A stretch of DNA of 64,000 bases from an uncultured Chloroflexia bacterium (GTDB taxonomy: Bacteria > Chloroflexota > Limnocylindria > Limnocylindrales > CSP1-4), in assembly GCA_963768655.1 (NCBI GenBank), contig CAVYIM010000007.1:1-64000 (forward strand). The letters run 5' to 3'. Under the pieces are notes generated by a model. It was not told the DNA's origin, did not search any database, and worked only from the letters and a program-made list of their open reading frames with translations. Position numbers and translations under genes: made by a program. Positions 30,163-40,148 of this stretch are shown here, in pieces (position 1 is the stretch's first letter; each line of letters opens with the position of its first letter).

Positions 30163-31748
30163 GCGATTCAGACTTCGACATGGAAGAGCGGCTGCGGACG
30201 TTCGCAGCGAGCACCAGGACGCCGCCACTTCCCGCCGAGACGGCGGCTCTCCCGTGGACCGTCCAGTCCGATGCGTCGCGGCGCAGCCTCCTGCGCAGGC
30301 TTCTCCCGATCGACTCGGTGTGGCGGCTAGCCGGTCGGGCCCTCTACGGGGCGGTGCGCATCGCCGCCACGCTGGCCGTGGCGTTCGGGCTCCTGCTCCT
30401 CGTCAACAACACTCATGGCCGCGCCCCCGCCGCGGACATGATCGTGCAGCCGAGCGGACCGAGCCCGTCGCCGGCGTCAGATGCCCCGGCCGGACCCGAG
30501 GTCGTCGTCCTGCCGACGAGCGGCACCGTCGACGACATCATGGCGAGCTACGTCGCCGGGGGTGTGCACCAGGCCGAAGTGGACAACGCCGCGGCCGTGA
30601 TCGTCCAGCTGGATACGCTGGGCGGCAGCGAGAGCTCGATGCAGAGCATCTACGAGTGCCTCGAAGGCGCCACGATCCCGACGATCGTGTGGGTCGGACC
30701 TTCGGGGGCGAAGGCGGCGAGCGCGGGCACTTTCATCACCCTCTCCGCCAACCTGGCCTACATGGCGCCGGGCACGAATATCGGGGCGGCTTCACCGGTG
30801 GCGGCCGGGGGCGGGGACATAGCCGCTACGTACGGCCAGACCGAAGCCGACAAGGTCATGAACGACGCCGTGGCCAGCATCCGCAGTATCGCCCAGGAAC
30901 GACATCCGCTGGCCGTCGACTGGGCCGCGACCACGGTGGCGAACGCGCAGTCGTACTCGGCCGAGGAGGCCCTTGCCGCCCACGGCATCAACGGCATCGC
31001 GACGAGCCTCGATGACGTACTGAGCCAGGCCGACGGCCAGACGGTGACCGTCAACGGCGCACAGGTGATCGTCCATACGAAGGGCGCGACGACGGTCACT
31101 CTCGGCGAGGACCTGATCCAGTCGATCCTTCACGGGCTCGACGACCCCAACATCGCGTTCATCCTGCTCGTGTTGGGTGTCCTGTGCGTAGTTGTCGAGT
31201 TCTTCCACCCCACGCTGGTGATGGGATTGCTGGGCGCCTTCGCTCTGGTCCTCTCCTTCTACGGGTCTGGCAGCCTGCCTCTGAACGTGCTGGGGGTCGT
31301 GCTGGTCATCCTCGGGATAGGGATGATCGTGCTCGAGCCAAACCTGCCCAGCCACGGGATCCTTACGTTGGGCGGTCTCGTCAGCTTCGTCGTGGGCGCG
31401 GTCGCCTTTTACGGGTCGCCTGGACCTTACCTGCCAGCCGCCACGGTCGCGTGGCCCATCATCGTCACGATGGCCGCCGCCGCTGCCGCCTATGGCCTGC
31501 TCCTCGTCCGAACGCTGCTGCGGATGAGATACCAGGCCGTCCCGGTCGGATCTGGCCTGGTGGGGACGGTGAATGTCACGGGGATGACCGGCGTGGTCGA
31601 GAAGGACATCTCGCCTCTCGGAACCGTCTACGTGGGTGGCGAATCGTGGACGGCCAAGCTGGTTGGAGAGGGAGCCGCACTTCGGGGTTCGCGGGTCAAG
31701 GTGGTCCGCAAGGAGGGTCTGACTCTGATCGTGCAGGTTGTGGAGTAG
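30159..31748 (+). CDS. NfeD long-form membrane serine protease with an N-terminal anti-sigma-like extension
   Basis: LDTLGG, AASAG, TNIGAASP, TM bundle, C-terminal OB (GTVYVGGESWTA); about 110 extra N-terminal aa with an internal TM. Confidence 0.85.
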   Translation: MSDSDFDMEERLRTFAASTRTPPLPAETAALPWTVQSDASRRSLLRRLLPIDSVWRLAGRALYGAVRIAATLAVAFGLLLLVNNTHGRAPAADMIVQPSGPSPSPASDAPAGPEVVVLPTSGTVDDIMASYVAGGVHQAEVDNAAAVIVQLDTLGGSESSMQSIYECLEGATIPTIVWVGPSGAKAASAGTFITLSANLAYMAPGTNIGAASPVAAGGGDIAATYGQTEADKVMNDAVASIRSIAQERHPLAVDWAATTVANAQSYSAEEALAAHGINGIATSLDDVLSQADGQTVTVNGAQVIVHTKGATTVTLGEDLIQSILHGLDDPNIAFILLVLGVLCVVVEFFHPTLVMGLLGAFALVLSFYGSGSLPLNVLGVVLVILGIGMIVLEPNLPSHGILTLGGLVSFVVGAVAFYGSPGPYLPAATVAWPIIVTMAAAAAAYGLLLVRTLLRMRYQAVPVGSGLVGTVNVTGMTGVVEKDISPLGTVYVGGESWTAKLVGEGAALRGSRVKVVRKEGLTLIVQVVE

Positions 31749-31951
31749 GCATGGCGGCGACGCTCGTCGTCGCGGTGTCTGGCCGCCGTGCATCGCCAAC
31801 GGCTGTCATCGGCGCGGGATCGGGTGGTAGGGTAGCGAGCAGTGGAGATCGAACAGTTCGGTTCGCCGGGGAATGGAACGTCTTTGGGTGACGTGGTGGT
31901 CGCCCGCTAGAACCGCCCGCTTGGGCTCTGTGCTGCTGGAGGTATCGGGGA

Positions 31952-32869
31952 ATGGATACGACCGGGACAACGGTGCTGCTCATCGTGGTGCTCATCGTGG
32001 CCGCTCTGCTGATCGTCTTTGCCGCGATCTCGGTTCGGATCGTGCCGCAGTGGGCGCAACTGGTCGTTTACCGCTGGGGCCAGGTCAACGAGAGCCTTGT
32101 TCGCAGACCGGGCCTGAGGTTCCTGATTCCGATCGTCGACCGGGGCGTCCAGGTCGACCTGCGCGAGCAGTTCATCGAGGTTCCGCGCCAGACCGCCATC
32201 ACCAAGGACAACGCGCCACTGGGCGTCGACTTCCTGATCTACTGGAAGATCGTTGACCCGATGATGAGCCAGATCAACGTGGCCAACTTCGCCGGCGCCC
32301 TGCAGGGCGTCGCTGCTACGTCGCTCCGCTCGGTCATCGGCGACATCCCGCTCGACGACGTGCTCTCGCAGCGGGAGAAGATCAACGAGACGCTGCGTCT
32401 CAAGCTCGACGAGGTCACAGAGCGCTGGGGTGGCAAAGTAACGACCGTCGAGATCCGCGAGATTCTGCCTCCGCCGGCTGTGCAGGAGGCGATGAACCGG
32501 CAGCTCTCCGCCGAGCGAACCCGCCGCGCCGTCATCACCGAGTCGGAAGGCACGCGCCAGGCCACGATCAACGTCGCCGAGGGCGACAAGCAGTCGGCCA
32601 TCCTTCGTGCCGAGGGCGATCGGCAGGCCGCGATCCTGCGTGCCCAGGGTTTCAGCGAGGCACTGAACACGATCTTCGGCGCCGCCAAGAACATCGATCA
32701 GAAGACCATGACGTTGCAGTACCTCGATGCCCTCAAGACACTCGGCAGCGGGCCCGCGACCAAGTTCGTGATCCCGCTCGAGTTCACGCAACTCCTCGGC
32801 CCGCTTGGAGCGATGGTCCAGTCTGGGATGCAGGCCGGAGATGCCGGCCCGTCCGCGAAGCGCGGCTAG
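31952..32869 (+). CDS. SPFH/stomatin-like protein
   Basis: N-terminal TM, VDLRE, ITKDN, AERTRRA. Confidence 0.93.
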   Translation: MDTTGTTVLLIVVLIVAALLIVFAAISVRIVPQWAQLVVYRWGQVNESLVRRPGLRFLIPIVDRGVQVDLREQFIEVPRQTAITKDNAPLGVDFLIYWKIVDPMMSQINVANFAGALQGVAATSLRSVIGDIPLDDVLSQREKINETLRLKLDEVTERWGGKVTTVEIREILPPPAVQEAMNRQLSAERTRRAVITESEGTRQATINVAEGDKQSAILRAEGDRQAAILRAQGFSEALNTIFGAAKNIDQKTMTLQYLDALKTLGSGPATKFVIPLEFTQLLGPLGAMVQSGMQAGDAGPSAKRG

Positions 32870-33000
32870 GTGGCTCCCTGCCGGGCCGGCTCGCCTGCGA
32901 GACTACGGCTCGGCAACGGCCATGCGGGGTTGACCCGGGTGCCTCCCGGCCGGCCTGGCGTAGCCCCCTGGGGACTATGCCGCCGGTCCGGGAGGCTGCC

Positions 33001-33006
33001 TATAAT
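33001..33006 (+). promoter_or_regulatory. consensus -10 element
   Basis: TATAAT in GC-rich intergenic DNA about 90 bp before the CpaE-like gene. Confidence 0.5.
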
Positions 33007-33094
33007 CACAGCGTCCTGCGAGCGTCCCGGTCTTTGAGGGCGGCTGTCCGCCACGGTAACTGAATGACCGGGTGCGTCCGTTACAACAGGTGAG

Positions 33095-34300
33095 TTGATG
33101 GCCGTCAGGATCCTAGTAGTCGATGCCGACCCGACCGTCCAGCGAGCTCTCAGTAATGCGCTGACCCAGGCCGGATATCAGCCGATCGCCCTGGGCGACG
33201 GCGCCGAGGCCTTGCGCGTCGCGCGAACGGACCGGCCGGCGCTCGTCCTGATTGCGGCGAACCTGCCGGGCGTCGACGGGTTCACGATCGTCAGCCGGCT
33301 GCGAATGGAGGACGGTCCCTCCACCCATACGCCGGTCATCCTGCTGCTTGCGGAGAACGAAGCCGAGCATCGGGGCAAGGCCCTTCGATCGGGCGCCGAC
33401 GACTACCTGATCAAGCCCTTCCATCCGGCCGAGCTGATGGCCCGGATGCGCAGCCTCTTGTCTCGGTACGCGCCGGCCGACGCGGCGCCTACTCCTGCCC
33501 ATCGCACCGCTCCGGCGGCGATCTCCAGGCGTCGCGAGCCGGCCCGAGTGATCCTGTTCTATGGAGCTAAGGGCGGCGTCGGGACGACGACGATCGCGAT
33601 CAACACAGCCATCGCCCTGCACAAGGAAATGGGCAAGAGGGTCTGCCTGATCGACGCCAATCTGCAGTTCGGCGACCATCGAGTCTTCATGGACCTGGGT
33701 CTGGACAAGATGAGCATCGTGGATCTCGCGACGTCGCCGGGCTTCGATCTGGACCTCATTCGCCAGATTCTGATCAAGCACGAATCCGGAGTCGACTTGC
33801 TGCTCGCACCGCCCTCACCCGAAACTGCAGAGCTGGTCACGTCGGACCATCTGCCCGAGATCATCAACTTGATGATGAACGAGTTCGACTACATCGTGCT
33901 CGACGTGGACAAGCGGCTGGACGAAGTGAATTCGAGGATCATGGACGTCGTCCAGACGATCTACCTCGTGATGACTGCCGACCTCCCGTGTTTGAAGAAC
34001 GTCCGCCTCGTGCTGGAGACGATCGGCCATCTCGGCTATTCCGACGCGAAAGTCAAGCTGATCCTGAACCGTTCAAACGCGTTCACGGGCATCAACGTAA
34101 AGAACGCGGAGAGCGCCCTCAAGCGGCGGATCGATTATCAGATCGTCAATGAGTACCGCGCCGCGATCGGCGCGTTGAACAGCGGCGCTCCCTTCATGTA
34201 TACGAAGTCGGATTCGGCGCTCGGCCGGAACATGCTCGAGTTCGTGAAGGAGATGGACAAGGACCTGACCGAGCATCCGACCGCCAAGGTCGCCCGGTAG
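33095..34300 (+). CDS. receiver domain + MinD/ParA ATPase (CpaE-like), second paralog
   Basis: REC with GADDYLIKPF; AKGGVGTT; DANLQFGD; ALNSGAP. Confidence 0.85.
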   Translation: MMAVRILVVDADPTVQRALSNALTQAGYQPIALGDGAEALRVARTDRPALVLIAANLPGVDGFTIVSRLRMEDGPSTHTPVILLLAENEAEHRGKALRSGADDYLIKPFHPAELMARMRSLLSRYAPADAAPTPAHRTAPAAISRRREPARVILFYGAKGGVGTTTIAINTAIALHKEMGKRVCLIDANLQFGDHRVFMDLGLDKMSIVDLATSPGFDLDLIRQILIKHESGVDLLLAPPSPETAELVTSDHLPEIINLMMNEFDYIVLDVDKRLDEVNSRIMDVVQTIYLVMTADLPCLKNVRLVLETIGHLGYSDAKVKLILNRSNAFTGINVKNAESALKRRIDYQIVNEYRAAIGALNSGAPFMYTKSDSALGRNMLEFVKEMDKDLTEHPTAKVAR

Positions 34301-34370
34301 GTCTCATTCGGAGCCGGCCGCGAGATCGGCGGAGGGGTTCGGCGTGACGCTCGGCGGGTCGGCGTCCAGC

Positions 34371-34416
34371 CAGTGAAGGTCCAGATAAGCCGCAGTTGAG
34401 CCGGCCGGCGTAGCGT
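34371..34416 (+). promoter_or_regulatory. comM promoter: three 11-bp-phased repeats and -10
   Basis: cagtgaag 34371, cagataag 34382, cagttgag 34393, N10, TAGCGT 34411; GTG start 7 nt later. Confidence 0.5.
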
Positions 34417-34423
34417 CGCCGAC

Positions 34424-35539
34424 GTGCTCGCCTCCTTGCTTTCGGCCACTCTCCACGGCCTGGACGGCCGCATCGTTCGGGTCGAGGTCGACGTCGCCCC
34501 GGGTTTGCCCGGCTTCACGATCGTCGGGCTGGCGGACACAGCGCTGCAGGAGGCCCGGGAGCGGGTCCGAGGGGCGATTCGCAACAGCGGCTATGAGTAC
34601 CCGCCGCGGCGCATCACGGTCAACCTCGCCCCGGCCGATCTCCGCAAGGGCGGCGCTTCGCTCGATCTGGCGATCGCCCTCGGCATCATGGTCGGGTCGG
34701 AGCAGGTGAAGGCGACGGGCCGCTGGGCCGTTCTCGGCGAGTTGTCGCTCGGCGGCGACCTGCGCCCGGTGCCCGGTCTGCTGCCCATGGTCGCCGCCCT
34801 GGCGCGCCGGCGCGTGAGGCGCGTGATCGTTCCGGCCGACGGCGCGGCCGAGGCGTCTCTGGCGGACGGTGTCGAGGTCGTGCCGGCGACGACCCTGGCA
34901 GAGGCTGCGACGATAGTGCGGGCGAACCGGCGGGGGCGGCCGCGGGAGACACCGCCACGCGTGGAACTGGCGGACTCGCTCGGCCTCGAGGCCGACGGCG
35001 GAGTGGCGCGGGACGCAGCGGCGACGCAGGCCTCCGCGGATGGCGGCGAGGCACCGGATCTGGCCGAGGTCAGGGGCCAGCTGGAGGCGCGGCGGGCCTT
35101 GGAGATTGCACTCGCGGGCGGCCACTGCCTGCTCATGATCGGCCCGCCCGGATCGGGCAAGACGCTCCTGGCGAGGACGATCCCGGGACTTCTGCCGTCT
35201 CTGGACGACGACGAGTCACGGGTGGCGACGATCATCGCCTCGGTCGCCGGTCCGTCGCCGATAAAGGGGCTGGTCAGGACGCGACCGTTCCGAGCGCCTC
35301 ACCACACCATCTCCTATGCGGCCATGGTCGGCGGCGGCCCCCACCTGTCGCCGGGCGAAGTGACTCTGGCGCACGACGGCATTCTGTTCCTCGACGAGCT
35401 GCCGGAGTTCGACCGGGGAGCCCTGGAGGCGCTGCGCCAGCCACTCGAGGACGGCCAGATTGCGATCGCGCGAGTGGGCCGGGCGGCAGTCTTCCCCTCG
35501 CGGTTCCAGCTCGTGGCGGCCATGAATCCGTGCCCGTGC
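34424..35539 (+). pseudogene. comM: comM (YifB/Mg-chelatase-like AAA+ ATPase), 5' part, interrupted by integration
   Basis: [55 protein letters not shown] then foreign sequence and a stop at 35572. Confidence 0.93.
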
Positions 35540-37112
35540 AAGTGGGAACTACACACGGGAATCTGTAGGTGACGAGGGCCCTGGCGGTCTTCTTGCCGTC
35601 GGCCCCGACGTCGGTGTGGACGACGATCCCCACGAGCAGCCGGACGAGCTCCTGACGCTGCTCGTCGGTCAGTCCCGCGTCCAGCCGGGCGCGAACCTCG
35701 CATAGGAGGTCACGGGCCTCCTGCGGGACGACTTCGCCACGTGGAGCCTGTAGCGCGCCCACGCGGGCTCCGAGGGCGTCATGCTCGTGTGCGATGCGGT
35801 CGAGTTCGTCGTCGAGTTCGCCGTCGGGAAGCCGGCCGCGGATGTTGAGAGACAGGGCCTGCTTGCGCTGCCCCTCCAGCGCTTCGAGAGCCCGCGCGAG
35901 GGTGATCGACTCCGCCTCGGCTATGGCTCCCTGCGCCTCGCGCTCGGCGACTCCATCGAGTTCATCAAGGACATCGCCTGGGTCACGCAGGAACCGCTCC
36001 ACGTCGGCCCAGACGGCTGGCTCGATGGCCTTCACTCGAACCGAGCAGGATGGGCAGCGACCCGCTATCGGCCCTCGCTCGACCAGTTCGCCGCCGCAGC
36101 GGTATCGGCCCCCGGAGCGGTCTGCGGAGCCGACCAGAGTCAGACCGCACATGCCGCAGTGGATCACTCCCCGCAGCAGGTAGACGTGACCGCTGTTCTT
36201 GGCCGACCGGCGGTTGCGGGCCAGGGCCTCCTGAGCGGCTTGCCATAGGGCAGGGGAGACCAGGCCCTCGATCGGGGCAGACGTGATCTCGTGACCGCGA
36301 CGTTCTGTCTTCTCGCCGCGCTGATCGATCCGCCGGCCGTACTGCAGCTCGCCGCGGTAGACCGGGTTGACCACGAGGTTGCGGATCCGGCCTGCCCGCC
36401 ACAGGCCCTGGGTAGCCTTGCCACGGACCCCTCGCCCATCCCGGGCGTAGTGCGTGGGGATACCCAAGGCGTTGTACTCGCTGGCGATGGCCCTGCAGCT
36501 CTGACCTCGCAGAGCGACGCGCTCGTAGACGTCGCGGACGAGGTCGGCAGCCGTCAGGTCGGCCCAGGCAATGGTCTGGTCGGGCACCAGTCGAGCCTTC
36601 TGCTTGAGCCCGTCCACTCGAAAGCCCAACGGGACTATGCCGCCGGTGTAGCGACCCTCTCTGGCAGCCCGCGCCATCCCGTCGGCGGACTTGCGCAGAA
36701 ACTCGACTCGGGCGTGGTCGTCGACGACGGCCTGGATGTCGAAGGCCAGGGGGCTCTGCTCACCCTCGGCGTAGCTGAGCAGGCGGATGCCCAGATACGC
36801 CAGCCTGCGCCGGATAAGGAGGGTCTCCGGGGCGTCTCGGCCGAGGCGATCGGTCTTGTAGACCCACAGCTCGTTGAACAGACCTGCCGCGGCGTCCCGG
36901 AGGAGCCTTCCACCATCGGGGCGATCCGCCATCGCCACGGTGCCCGGGACGCCATCGTCGCGGTAGCTGGCCACCAGCTCGACTTCGGGCTCGCGAAGCA
37001 GCCAGCGATCGAGAACGTCGGTCTGGGTCTTGATCGTCTCGCGCTCGCGCTGGTCCTCGCTGCTGACCCGCTCGTAGGTCGCAACCCGCCGGACCCCTGT
37101 GGCCACGGTCAT
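35274..37112 (-). CDS. large serine recombinase (integrase)
   Basis: YERVSSEDQ catalytic Ser, DRLGRD, recombinase domain, CGMCG...YRC Zn ribbon, coiled coil; last ~88 codons are antisense comM. Confidence 0.95.
   Translation of the reverse strand: MTVATGVRRVATYERVSSEDQRERETIKTQTDVLDRWLLREPEVELVASYRDDGVPGTVAMADRPDGGRLLRDAAAGLFNELWVYKTDRLGRDAPETLLIRRRLAYLGIRLLSYAEGEQSPLAFDIQAVVDDHARVEFLRKSADGMARAAREGRYTGGIVPLGFRVDGLKQKARLVPDQTIAWADLTAADLVRDVYERVALRGQSCRAIASEYNALGIPTHYARDGRGVRGKATQGLWRAGRIRNLVVNPVYRGELQYGRRIDQRGEKTERRGHEITSAPIEGLVSPALWQAAQEALARNRRSAKNSGHVYLLRGVIHCGMCGLTLVGSADRSGGRYRCGGELVERGPIAGRCPSCSVRVKAIEPAVWADVERFLRDPGDVLDELDGVAEREAQGAIAEAESITLARALEALEGQRKQALSLNIRGRLPDGELDDELDRIAHEHDALGARVGALQAPRGEVVPQEARDLLCEVRARLDAGLTDEQRQELVRLLVGIVVHTDVGADGKKTARALVTYRFPCVVPTCTGTDSWPPRAGTARGRLPPGPLARSQSGRPRVAGAAPPGLPGRTPAARRGTECRRAPESLRPATGGGRRRPWPHRRWCGEALGTVAS
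35528..35560. mobile_element. att junction (left end) of the element integrated in comM
   Basis: comM similarity ends at the CPC codons (35531-35539); cccgtg/cacggg inverted repeat at 35533-35559. Confidence 0.75.
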
Positions 37113-37315
37113 CGGATACCTCCCAGACCGCGGTCCGGCAGCTGCCTCGGGAGGCCAAGCACCACCCGCAGCGCAGCGACCATCGCCTCCTGGTCAGGCG
37201 TCCATGAACGCTCTATGTCGAGCGGTCTGGCAAGTCGCTGTCTCTTCGGCGGCGCGACGGAGGTAACTGACGGGGCGGAGGCCAGGTCCAGATCCAGATC
37301 ACGCGCATTCGACAT
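37109..37315 (-). CDS. small protein coupled to the integrase (candidate directionality factor)
   Basis: 68 aa, ATGA overlap with the integrase start. Confidence 0.55.
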   Translation of the reverse strand: MSNARDLDLDLASAPSVTSVAPPKRQRLARPLDIERSWTPDQEAMVAALRVVLGLPRQLPDRGLGGIR

Positions 37316-37372
37316 CCTCCGGTTATGGAGCCACGTGGGGCGGGTGTCACGTCAGCGAACGCGTCGACGCTT

Positions 37373-38224
37373 TCAGTGACGTGATTTGGGCCAGTTGCGC
37401 TCGATCGTGCGTCGGTTGGGCTGCCAGCCGGTCTCGGCGCCGAGGGCGGAGCGCAGCCGTTCGAGTGCGGGATGGTCCGCCCCTCCGACCAGGCCCAGCA
37501 AGGAGGTCGGCGTGAGCGACGGGTCCTGCGCGACGAGCAGTGCTAGCGCCTTCCGCAGCCCCAATGTGTCGCGTCGGGTTGCTCGCTTCCGACCGCCGGA
37601 GTAGGGCGGGCGGATGGCTGGAGGCCCGACGCGACGGATGAAGATCTCGGCGCTGGCAGCAAGGTCAGCCTGGAAGCGGGCGCTTCGTCCGTGCCGGCTC
37701 GAATGTGTCGCGAGCTGACCCAGGAGGGCGGCCGAGCGGTAGAAGCCGCCCGGTGGCAAGAGATTGAGATCGTCCGCGAGATCTCCCGCCGGGCGTGTGA
37801 GATCCGGCTCCAGGAGCGCTAGCTGCGCCAGAACGAGCAGGACGCCCACATCAGTTGGGTCCAGGGGTGCGCCAGCTGACTCGATGCGCATGGCCAGTCC
37901 CCGGAGTTGCTCAACAAAGAGCGGCCCGATGCGAGCCGCCTCTTCTCGAACTGCCTCCGACACGAAGTTGAATGGGTTCGGCCACTCGGTGCCGTCAGGC
38001 CAGTAGGGCGTGGCGTCAAGGAAGCGGACCGCGACAAGGGAGACGACGTACTGGTTGGGCAGAGCGAGTGGCTCTACGAGCAACTCCAACGCCGGCCTGG
38101 CGGCCGCCACTTCTCTCGCCACCGCGGGGTGTCCAACCCAGCCAACGGTCACCGCCCGCGCCAGATCGAAAAGCCGCTTCTGCCGGCGATGATCCGGATT
38201 GCGGGGGTCGTATCCGCCAGTCAT
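37373..38224 (-). CDS. hypothetical protein, possible DNA-binding regulator (start may be 38479)
   Basis: Open frame with basic C-terminus (GGRKR...RRTIERNW); co-oriented upstream of the integrase. Confidence 0.5.
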   Translation of the reverse strand: MTGGYDPRNPDHRRQKRLFDLARAVTVGWVGHPAVAREVAAARPALELLVEPLALPNQYVVSLVAVRFLDATPYWPDGTEWPNPFNFVSEAVREEAARIGPLFVEQLRGLAMRIESAGAPLDPTDVGVLLVLAQLALLEPDLTRPAGDLADDLNLLPPGGFYRSAALLGQLATHSSRHGRSARFQADLAASAEIFIRRVGPPAIRPPYSGGRKRATRRDTLGLRKALALLVAQDPSLTPTSLLGLVGGADHPALERLRSALGAETGWQPNRRTIERNWPKSRH

Positions 38225-38514
38225 TCCCCGTCCCACTGCTGTCGTGCCATCGCGCTTACGCGCCTCAGCGGGGCCGGCCAGTCGCCGCCGCAGTGCTTGG
38301 CGGGATTCCAGACACGGTGAATCTACGCCACCGATGTGACCAAAACGGGCGTCGCCGGGCCAAGTCGAACGGAAGACAACAACCCGCGCCGGGTGCGGAC
38401 TGACAACCGGGATCAGGGGTAGGGCGGTCGGGACGCCTGGGGCAGCCGCCTCACCGGCTCGCACACGCTCGTCCGGCATCGGCCCGGTCACAGAGCGGAG
38501 CCCGACCCGGCCCG

Positions 38515-38561
38515 ACGTTAGCAAGCGCCACTTATCCGGGGCTTATCTGCGCCTTATCATC
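38515..38561 (-). promoter_or_regulatory. three GATAAG repeats at 11-bp period and -10 TAACGT
   Basis: CTTATC on + strand at 38531, 38542, 38553; N10; TAACGT at 38520-38515. Confidence 0.6.
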
Positions 38562-38676
38562 GCGGCCCTAGATTGACGGCCAAACGGCCGCTCTTCCACC
38601 CGGGGTGGTCGCCTTCTCCACAAGCCCCCGCTGTCTTCCCCCTCAGGCGGCGGGGGCTTCCCCTTTGTCGCGGCCC

Positions 38677-39087
38677 TCATCGGACGGGCCGCAGGTGACG
38701 GTAGCGGTCAGGGTCGGACGTCTTCGGAGGCTCGGCCACTGGCGGGAGCCAGCGGCGATCCTGACGGCCCTTGGGAGTGATGCCGTAGGTGTCCGCCCAC
38801 ATGCGGTACTCAGACGCACGAGCGAAGTCGCCCCGCTCCATGGCATCGTAGAGATAGACCACGCAGCGCAGCCCGGGCACGTCCCACGGCCCCCAGTGAG
38901 CGGCCCACCAGGAGCCGAACCACGCCTCCCAGGCCTCCACCGACGACGGCAGGAGGCCATCGGGCGGTTGCGGAACGGGGCCATGTTGCCAGCCCATGGC
39001 GGTGGTCACCTGCCAGTCGCCACGGGCGAGGGGGCGCCTTCCTCGACGGGCTCCGGGCGCCTTGGGAGCTGGACCGCTACCGCCCAC
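38677..39087 (-). CDS. phage terminase small subunit-like protein
   Basis: N-terminal GSGPAPK, Trp-rich core, C-terminal SEYRMWADTYGITPKGR resembling actinophage-type TerS. Confidence 0.65.
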   Translation of the reverse strand: MGGSGPAPKAPGARRGRRPLARGDWQVTTAMGWQHGPVPQPPDGLLPSSVEAWEAWFGSWWAAHWGPWDVPGLRCVVYLYDAMERGDFARASEYRMWADTYGITPKGRQDRRWLPPVAEPPKTSDPDRYRHLRPVR

Positions 39088-39212
39088 GGGAAAGCCCCAG
39101 ACTGCTACACACGGCGAGGGTCCTGTGCCGGGGTGCTGCGGGTCGGGCGCCTCCTCCGCAGCGACCCTCCCCCCGGTGGACCGCGCTCGCCCTGCCCCAG
39201 ACCGGGCCGCGC

Positions 39213-40148
39213 TCAGACACCGATCGCATCGGCCACCTCGCGCCAGGCTCGGTCCTGCTGGCCCTCGAGTCGCCTCAGGTAGACGCTCGTGACCGCCAGG
39301 CTCGAGTGGTCCAAGAACTGGCTCACCGACTCGATCGACTCGCCAGCGTCACGGCGCAATTTCGCAGCCGTGTGCCGCAAGATATGTACCCCGGTCGGCG
39401 CCATGCCGGCGAGCCGCAGGTAACGGCGGAAGCGGGCATAGAACGTCCCGCTCGTGACTCCCTGCGGCCGCGCAGCGGCCTGCCAGAGCGACTCGTCTGG
39501 CGCCATCGTCGCGAGCTCCTTGCCCGCGTCAGCCAGGGTTGCGCAGATGGCCTCGTAGGCGGGCCGGGGGAGTTCCCGTCGACCGCGCTTGCCGCCTTTG
39601 CCCCGGTAGGAGTAGAAGACGGTCTCACCCTCGAGGCTGAGGTCTCCTGCCCGGAGGCCGATCACCTCCGCTCGCCGGCGGCCGGTCAGGACCAGGGTCA
39701 GCAGGATCGCCCGGTCTCGTCGTCCCGCAACGGTATCGGGCACTACCGCGAGGAGCCGCCGCACCTCGTCCGCTCCGCATCCACGGGCCACCGACTGGAC
39801 GGCTCTCGGTCGTTCGATCGCATCGGTCGGGTTGGAGAGGACCAGACCCATCCGGATCAGGAAGCGGTAGAAGGAGGACAGGCAGGCGATCCGGGCTCCG
39901 ACCGTCGTAGCCGACGGTGTCCGCCCGGACTTGCCGATGCCGTGGACGAAGGCGAGGACGTCGGCTGGCTTGACCCGATCCGGCGTCTTGCCCAGATCCG
40001 CGAAGAACGGCCACAGCATCCGGCTGTAGGACTCGACCGTTCGTCGGGAGCCTGAGCGGTTGCCTTTCTCGACCAGGAAGCCATAGAGCGCCTGGTCCCA
40101 GGCGGAGGGGTCTCCGCTGGCCAGGGCGGGGAGTGGTTGAGCGGTCAT
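39213..40148 (-). CDS. tyrosine recombinase (XerC/D-like)
   Basis: SAM-like N-domain; TGRRRAE, GKGGK, HILRH, LDHSS...TSVY. Confidence 0.92.
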   Translation of the reverse strand: MTAQPLPALASGDPSAWDQALYGFLVEKGNRSGSRRTVESYSRMLWPFFADLGKTPDRVKPADVLAFVHGIGKSGRTPSATTVGARIACLSSFYRFLIRMGLVLSNPTDAIERPRAVQSVARGCGADEVRRLLAVVPDTVAGRRDRAILLTLVLTGRRRAEVIGLRAGDLSLEGETVFYSYRGKGGKRGRRELPRPAYEAICATLADAGKELATMAPDESLWQAAARPQGVTSGTFYARFRRYLRLAGMAPTGVHILRHTAAKLRRDAGESIESVSQFLDHSSLAVTSVYLRRLEGQQDRAWREVADAIGV

